Of a stretch of 64,000 nt of DNA, positions 58,141-64,000 are shown in pieces (the first letter of the stretch is position 1; each line of letters starts with the position of its first letter). Made by a program: the position numbers and the translations under genes. The notes under the pieces are model-generated. The model worked only from the letters and a program-made list of their open reading frames with translations, was not told the DNA's origin and made no database searches. The stretch is from an uncultured Acidobacteriota bacterium (GTDB taxonomy: Bacteria > Acidobacteriota > Vicinamibacteria > Vicinamibacterales > CAVVIG01): assembly GCA_963697745.1 (NCBI GenBank), contig CAVOPD010000019.1:37163-101162 (forward strand). Direction: 5' to 3'.

Positions 58141-59906
58141 CTATCGCCGAGCAGGCGGCGGTGGCGGAGGAGGAGGTGGCGGGGGCGGCGGCGAGCCGGC
58201 CATCGAACTGCAGCTGCGCAGTTCCATTCGCTTCGAACGCAGCCGTGACCGTCATCTCCACTTCAATGGGAACGCAGTTGAGAAGCGTCTGGCGTGAAGC
58301 GCCACTGCCGCACGGCCTCCTGTGCCGCGTCGGCGAACTCGGGGTTGGTTGCGGTTATCGTCCGCACCTCCGGACGGTGCCGTCGGTCCCGATGAGGGCC
58401 TGCAGCACCACGCGGCCGCCGACCCCTGAGCCCTGCAGTGAGGCCGGATAGCGTGGCCTTCATGTCCGCGATCTTCTTCGGCGGCATGATCCGTCCGCTG
58501 TTCGGCTCGGCGGTGCAGGCGGGCGCCGACGTCGAGCCTGCCGCCGTACCTGCGCGCCGGGAAGCCGTGTCGCCGGCCGGCCCGTCGACGATCCTGATCG
58601 TTTCCTGCAGCGTGCCCACCTGCAGCGTCATCTCCGGCGCAGCGTCTGACCGCCCGCGGAGTTGCAGGGTGTCTTCGATGTTCTGGAATCCGATGCCACC
58701 AACGACCAGGCTGTAGTTCCCCGGCACGAGCCCGAGCAACTCGAAGGCGCCGCGCTCGTTGGTCCGCACTTCGTGCTTTGCGCCACTCGCGGACATGCGT
58801 CACGGTGATGCCGATGTTCGGAATGGTGCCGCCCAGCTGATCGTGGACGGTGCCGGCGAAGGTTGCGAACGGCGACTGCGCCGCGACGACTCGCCACCGA
58901 GGCAGTGAGCGCAAGACCCGCGACAACCACCGAGTATCGTGCGAGCCGCGTGACGGGAGTGACGGGCGACGTGTGAATCGAGCATGGCGCTGACTCTCCT
59001 TTCAAGACTCGACGTGCGGGCCATGGCGGGCGCTGGAACCCACGCGCGTGGGCTGGCGAGCATGCGGGCGAGGTCGACGAGGTGTTCCGCGTAGTCCGGC
59101 GCCTGCACGCCGCGCTCGAGCACGGCATCGTCGCAGGCGTGTTCGCTTTCGAGGCGCAGTCGAGCGGCGGCCATCCAGGCGAGCGGGTTGAACCACGACA
59201 GCGTGCGCAGCGCTTCGCCGGCCAACTGCAGCAGCCAGTCGTTGCGCCGGATGTGTTCAGCCTCGTGTTCGAGGACGACCCGCACACGCGCCGGATGCCA
59301 CGCCTGGGCGCCGCGCGGCAACAGGATCCGAGGCCGCCGCGTCCCCCAGGTCACGAGCATGGACGGGTGGTCGCTCTGGAGGAGTCTGACGGCTTCGAGC
59401 CGCACGTCGTGCGATGCCAGTTCGTTGAGACACTCAGCCCACGGCCCGTCGAGTAAGGACCATGGCGCGGCGCGACCAGGATGCGTCAGCCGCACAGCCC
59501 GGTGATCAGCGTCAGACGCACCGGCGATGACACCTGCAATCCAGACCCACGACGATCACGGCGGCTGCGCTCCAGGCCGCGTCTGGTGAGTCGGACCCGC
59601 CTGACGGCACGGTGGTGTGTCGTTCCCCCGCCGGGGCGGGACGACGGATCTGCCCGACGGCTGCGGGTGCGAGCCCGCGTACCGCCTCCACCGGAGCCGT
59701 CGTTGCGCACACGCGACGGGAACTGCACGTGCCATGCTGGCAGCGCGAGTCCGAGCAGCGGGGCTGCCAGTGCTCCGCAGATCGCCGGTCGCCAGGACGC
59801 AGCGGCGAAGCGCGGCGGAATGGCGGCGGAGGAGACGTGTGGCGAACAGTGTGAGGGCCAGCAGCACGGAGACGCGCACTGTGAGTGTGGCGAGGAGCGT
59901 GAGCAT
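58141..59906 (-). CDS. BlaR1-like M56 metallopeptidase signal transducer fused to a CarboxypepD_reg-like domain and a TonB C-terminal domain, many frameshifts
   Basis: MLTLLATLTVRVSVLLALTLFATRLLRRHSAALRR (TM) / PSMLVTWGTRRPRILLPRGAQAWHPARVRVVLEHEAEHIRRNDWLLQLAGEALRTLSWFNPLAWMAAARLRLESEHACDDAVL (M56 HExxH) / FAGTVHDQLGGTIPNIGITVTH..ASGAKHEVRTNERGAFELLGLVPGNYSLVV (CarboxypepD_reg) / PRYPASLQGSGVGGRVVLQALIGTDGTV..ATNPEFADAAQEAVRQWRFTP.LLNCVPIEVEMTVTAAF (TonB_C). The 3' end is uncertain (58028-58141). One frame there encodes 13 consecutive Pro. Confidence 0.8.
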
Positions 59907-60296
59907 CACTTCGTACCGTCCTTTCGCGCCCGTCGAATGAGCGCCGCAATCCGCTCGAGTTCGGCGTCGCTGAGGCGTGCCGCCTCGCCGCCGAGCAGGG
60001 CGCTGACGACCTTTTCCGTCGACCCGTCGAAAAAGGTGTCGACCAGGTGGCGCAGCGCCGAGCGGCGGGCCGAATGCCGCGGCACGGCCGCGGTGTAGAC
60101 GTAGCGCAGCCCTTCCTGCTCGTGGCGGACGTGCCCCTTGCCTTCGAGAATCCTGAGCTGGGTCCGCACCGTGGAGTAGCTGGGATCGCCGGGCAGTTCC
60201 GCCATCACCTCGGCAGCGGTGGCGCGCCCGCGGCGGTAGAGGATGTCCATGATCTGGCGTTCGCGTCTGGAGAGGGCAGGGTGAGGAGCAGGTCAT
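59906..60296 (-). CDS. BlaI/MecI/CopY-family winged-helix repressor. The ORF is intact from 60250, and the probable true start at 60296 needs one frame correction
   Basis: (..ALSRRERQI)MDILYRRGRATAAEVMAELPGDPSYSTVRTQLRILEGKGHVRHEQEGLRYVYTAAVPRHSARRSALRHLVDTFFDGSTEKVVSALL. Its stop overlaps the blaR1-like ATG (TGATG at 59906). Confidence 0.85.
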
Positions 60297-60324
60297 GTTA
60301 ATTTTGTAGCACCAACGTGCGAAA

Positions 60325-60353
60325 TAAATAACACCTCCGGCGACCGGTGTCAA
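60325..60353 (-). promoter_or_regulatory. Sigma-70-like promoter for the blaI/blaR1-like operon, with a dyad just downstream
   Basis: The minus strand reads TTGACA (60353-60348), then 17 nt, then TATTTA (60330-25). The dyad GCAC-n4-GTGC at 60309-60320 lies between the -10 and the ATG at 60296. Confidence 0.55.
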
Positions 60354-60365
60354 GAGGGAGTTGAC

Positions 60366-61097
60366 TCAGGGTACTTGATCGTCAGGTGTCGGTCGACGAA
60401 GGCTCGGGATCGCGGAGCGGACCTTCGCATCGTGCGCGCCGGCAAGCAGCCCGTCGATCAGTTCGGCGACCCCTTCACCGCGAGCCGCGACCGTCACGAC
60501 GTCAGCCGTCGCCTTGAGCGCCGGCAACGCGTTGCTCACCGCGACGCGCAGACCGCACATCGAGAGGAACGCATGATCGTTCTCGGCATCTCCGATCGCC
60601 ACGGTGTCGGTCGGGTCGACGCGAAGGTCCTCGAGGGCCGGCGCCAATCCCGTCGCCTTGGTGACGCCGGCCGGCAGCACCATCACCGAGCCTTTGTTGA
60701 AGATCACGTGCCACTCGAGCCCGAGGTCGCGGATGGCCGCCAGCACCGCGTGCTCGTGCGGTTCCACGGTGGCGAGAATCGAGGCGCCGACCGACAGCGG
60801 CACGCCGAGCTTCGTGAGCCGATCGACCAGCAGGGGCGGTGGTGGCGGCGCAAACTGGCGGATCGCGCCTGATGCTGGCGTGTACATCAAGGCGCCGTTC
60901 TCGGCGACGATCCGATCGAACACGCGCACCTGTGTCGAAGGTGTCGAACAGGTCGCGGCAGTTCGCGGCCGGTGACGAGGAGCAGGCAGAGGCCCGCAGC
61001 GCGGGCGCGCTCCAGGGCGGCGATCGTCGCATCATCGACCACGCCGTCGTGCGCGATTGTTCCGTCGAAGTCGGTGGCCAGCGCGCGGTAGCCGCAT
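60366..61097 (-). CDS. HAD-superfamily phosphatase (subfamily IIB, Cof-like), frameshifted
   Basis: YRALATDFDGTIAHDGVVDDATIAALERARAAGLCLLLVTGRE (DxDGT motif I) / VFDRIVAENGALMY...FNKGSVMVLPAGVTKATGLAPALEDLRVDPTDTVAIGDAENDHAFLSMCGLRVAVSNA (GDxxND motif). Confidence 0.75.
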
Positions 61098-61098
61098 C

Positions 61099-61790
61099 TC
61101 AGACCACCCGCCAGATGTCGGACGGCGGCGCGTCGTGATGTTCCACCCACTCCTCCCACAACCGGACACCGCCGGTGAATGCGTCCTGTTGCCGCCGCGC
61201 CTGGTGTCGGGGGGCAGTGGATCGACGAGCGACGCGTTGCCGCCGCCCAGCACCACGTAGTCGGCCGCGCAGGCTTCGCGCAACTGCTCGCACGCTTCGC
61301 GGACGGTCTGCCGCCAGCCGTCGAGCCCGGTTCGAGCCAGGCCGCTTTTGCCGAGCCTGTCGGCGAGCGTGTCGCCGAACGGCTGACGAGGCATCCGAGT
61401 TCGAGCCGGACAATCACGCGGCCGGCGACGAGCGTGGAGCCGAGGCCGGTTCCCAGCCCGAGGAAGAACATCCGTCCGCCGTCGTAGGCGCCGAGCGCCT
61501 GCATGGCGGCGTCGTTGACGATGCGAACCGGCCGCTGGAAAGCGTCAGCGAAGTCGTAGCCGACCCAGCCGGGGCCGAGATTGCCGGCTTCGCCGGTCGG
61601 CCCATCGGGACCCGCGCTCCCAGGATAGCCCAGCGATACGACGTCGTATTCCCACGCCGAGGCATGTTCACGGACCTGCCGCATGAACTCGTCCGGGCTC
61701 GAGCTCGCTCCCGGATCGGAACGACGCCACCTCTTGAGCGGCGGATTCGAAGAGCTTCACGCGAGATCCACCCACGTCAACCACCAGCAC
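61099..61790 (-). CDS. ppgK: ROK-family polyphosphate/ATP glucokinase-like protein, about 3 frameshifts
   Basis: LVVDVGGSRVKLF / EFMRQVREHASAWEYDVVSLGYPGSAGPDGPTGEAGNLGPGWVGYDFADAFQRPVRIVNDAAMQALGAYDGGRMFFLGLGTGLGSTLV / DTLADRLGKSGLARTGLDGWRQTVREACEQLREACAADYVVLGGGNA. A GTG start at about 61790 is preceded by GGAGG. The symbol is tentative. Confidence 0.72.
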
Positions 61791-62021
61791 GTTCAGCGAA
61801 CACCTCCGCAATAGTTTGAACGCCAACTTTATGCCGGATCGTCTGCAGCCGTAGCCCGCCAGCGTGAACCATCGCTGATTCTTTATCCCTGCTACCCTGA
61901 TTTCGATACGGCGTGCGCCTTGCTGGAGGCGTAGTATGAGAGCGTTGTTCATGCCGCCTGCCTGGCGTCATGAACGTTTGATGTGCAAGCACCTCGACAG
62001 GTGTGCCTAGGAGGAGAGGTC

Positions 62022-63390
62022 ATGGTAGGTCGCAAGTGGCGTGTCGCACAGGGAGTGCTCGCCGCCGGCGCGGTGGTCGCGTTGGGGAGTCCGGTGTTCG
62101 CTCAGGACGCTCCGAAACAGGTTACGTTTACCAAGGATGTGGCGCCGATTTTCCAGGCCAAGTGCCAGTCGTGCCACCAGCCTAATTCCATAGCTCCGAT
62201 GTCGTTGATTTCGTACCAGGAAGCACGCCCCTGGGCGCGCTCGATCAAGGACCGCGTGAGCACCCGCCAGATGCCGCCGTGGCACATCGACCCGAGTGTC
62301 GGGGTCACGAAGTTCAAGAACGACATGTCGCTCACCCAGGAGCAGATCGACACGATCGTCCGCTGGGTGGACGGTGGCGCCGTGCAGGGCGACCCGAAGG
62401 ACATGCCGCCCGCCAAGCCGCTGATGGCTGACAACGAGTGGACCGCGCGTGAAGGACGGCTTCGGTCCGCCCGACCTGGTCATCAGCGTCGCCTGAATAC
62501 GTGATGCCGGCGCAGCACCAGGACATGTGGTGGCGTCCGATGAGCGATATTCCGGTCACCGAACCGCGCTGGGTCCGGATGGTGGAGATCCGTCCGACCA
62601 ACCTGAAGGCCCGCAAGATCGTGCACCACGCGATTGCCTACCACGTGCTCAGCCCCGACAACACCGGTGAGGTGAACACCGGCATCGGCAGCTTCGGCAA
62701 CGCGGCGGCCGACGACCTCGTGAACCGGCGCCCGCAGTTGATGGAATGGGCGATCGGCAAGGGCTACGACCGCTTCATGGAAGGCACCGGAAAGATGGTG
62801 GTGCCGGGCGAGAAGATCTCCTGGGACCAGCACATCCATGCGGTTGGCGAAGAGATCAAGGGCGGCACCGAGATCGGCCTGTGGTTCTATCCCGAAGGGG
62901 CAGGAGCCGACCAAGCACAGCTACCTCGTGGCCTTCATCGGCCATCAAGCGCGGCGCACCGGGGCAGGCGGCTCTGGACATTCCGCCGAACTCGATTGCC
63001 CACACCGAAGGCTTCACGGTGCTGAAGGAGAACACGGTCATCACCAACTTCCAGCCGCACTTCCACCTGCGCGGCAAGGCGATGCAGGTTGAAGCGATCT
63101 TCCCGGACGGGCACACGCAGGTCATCAGCTACGTCGGGAATTTCAACTTCAACTGGATGACCAACTACATCTACGCCGACGATGCGGCGCCGGCGTTCCC
63201 GAAGGGCACCATCATCCACGTCACCGCGTGGTACGACAACACGAAGGCGAACAAGAACAACCCCGATCCGGAACAGTGGGTGGGCTACGGCGACCGCACA
63301 GTCGACGAGATGGGTCATGCGTGGATGAACGTCGTCTACCTGACCGATGCCGAGTATCAGGATTGGCTGGCAGAAGCACAAGACCGATGA
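62022..63390 (+). CDS. Secreted c-type cytochrome domain (CxxCH) fused to a PHM/DBH-like (copper type II ascorbate-dependent monooxygenase-like) domain, 3-4 frameshifts
   Basis: GGAGGAG RBS. MVGRKWRVAQGVLAAGAVVALGSPVFAQ; VTFTKDVAPIFQAKCQSCHQPNSIAPMSLISYQEARPWARSIKDRVSTRQMPPWH; then KIVHHAIAYH ... WDQHIHAVGEE ... FQPHFHLRGKAM ... RTVDEMGHAWM. Confidence 0.7.
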
Positions 63391-63445
63391 GAAGACGACG
63401 CAACAGCAGCAATAGCTCGTGCGTAGTCGGCGGCGACTCGAGAAG

Positions 63446-63478
63446 CGGGGGGCTGGTTCCGACCGGCCTCCCGTTTGC
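63446..63478 (+). terminator. Hairpin plus short T-run after the cytochrome gene
   Basis: cggggggctgg / ttccga / ccggcctcccg forms an 11-bp stem including two G-U pairs, followed by tttgc. Confidence 0.5.
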
Positions 63479-63567
63479 TATGTCAGGACTGTAGTTTGTC
63501 GCTGCCCGGTCTGCGGACGCGCGAATGCGGCGTCCGTGGAGGGGCAATAATAGCAGAGAGCGTAACG

Positions 63568-64000
63568 ATGACTCGATGGACAGTCGCAAAGCTATGTGTG
63601 GCAGCGATGCTCGCAGGCGGAGCGCTGCTCTCCGCTCAGGTACAGCTGCCCAGTGAACCCGGCGGGAAGTTCGGTCGCAGCATCACCGGCGCGTACGAGG
63701 GCTGGTACGACAACAAGGACGGCAGCCACGTATTTCTCGTCGGCTACTACAACCGCAATCTTGCCGCAGGCGGTGGACATCCCGGTCGGGCCCAACAACC
63801 GCATCGAGCCGGGCGGTCCGGACTTCGGACAGCCCACGCACTTTCTTCCCGGCCGGCAGGTCGGCATGTTCACGATCACGGTGCCAAAGGAGTTCACGCA
63901 GCAGCAGCGGCTCACCTGGACGATTCGTCGACAACGGCCTGACCACCTCCATCCCGCTCCGGCTGCACACGGATTACAACATCAGCCCGTTCGAGGACGC
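63568..64000 (+). CDS. Hypothetical secreted protein, 3' end off-window, at least one frameshift
   Basis: MTRWTVAKLCVAAMLAGGALLSAQVQLPSEPGGKFGRSITGAYEGWYDNKDGSHVFLVGYYNRN / VDIPVGPNNRIEPGGPDFGQPTHFLPGRQVGMFTITVPKEFTQQQRLTWT. Confidence 0.45.

Noticed and set aside
58028-58261. ORF extending the BlaR1-TonB protein through the heptamer arrays (..DTDQGSGIGDRGTDSV..GDGRDKAMGDGR).
   Set aside because: The tail is simply the translation of the CCCGATC and CCATCGC repeats, the same arrays occur in clearly non-coding positions elsewhere, and the frame at this point is uncertain.

Overview
GC-rich bacterial chromosomal segment, roughly two-thirds G+C by eye. The gene content suggests Acidobacteriota: CarboxypepD_reg-type TonB-dependent receptors, several MacB/FtsX permeases and a BlaR1-TonB fusion. 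This placement is an inference, not a search result. I recognise about 50 protein-coding genes. I found no rRNA, tRNA, CRISPR array, transposase, integrase or phage genes.

Main blocks, in order:
- Partial TonB-dependent receptor.
- LytTR-type two-component pair.
- argG.
- A 13.5-kb co-directional cluster: TonB-dependent receptor, M20 lipoprotein peptidase, one MacB-type ATPase, three tandem FtsX permeases, a second M20 paralog and an AbgB-like amidohydrolase.
- DinB.
- RpoD-type sigma factor.
- Tat-exported double VOC protein.
- CDP-alcohol phosphatidyltransferase plus LtaS-like sulfatase.
- A candidate pterin-modification cluster: Zn-ADH, PTPS-like protein, GT, MT, RibD_C protein and a second MT.
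- M29 aminopeptidase and ppa.
- An envelope block, then an M4 protease.
- mprF facing two AcvB/VirJ-like hydrolases.
- Hybrid histidine kinase, glsA and a DUF2231-Rieske fusion.
- Malate synthase-like protein, MltF-like protein and pirin.
- BlaI and a BlaR1(M56)-TonB_C fusion.
- ppgK plus a HAD phosphatase.
- A cytochrome c fused to a PHM-like dicopper domain.

Two window-wide features stand out. First, most conserved genes are broken by single-nucleotide frame shifts, often in compensating pairs, while a few stretches (36.8-40.2 kb, 53.4-55.3 kb) are clean. This looks like consensus indel error, so most CDS coordinates here are reconstructions across frames and are approximate. Second, several intergenic regions carry dispersed families of short tandem repeats and GC-rich hairpins.
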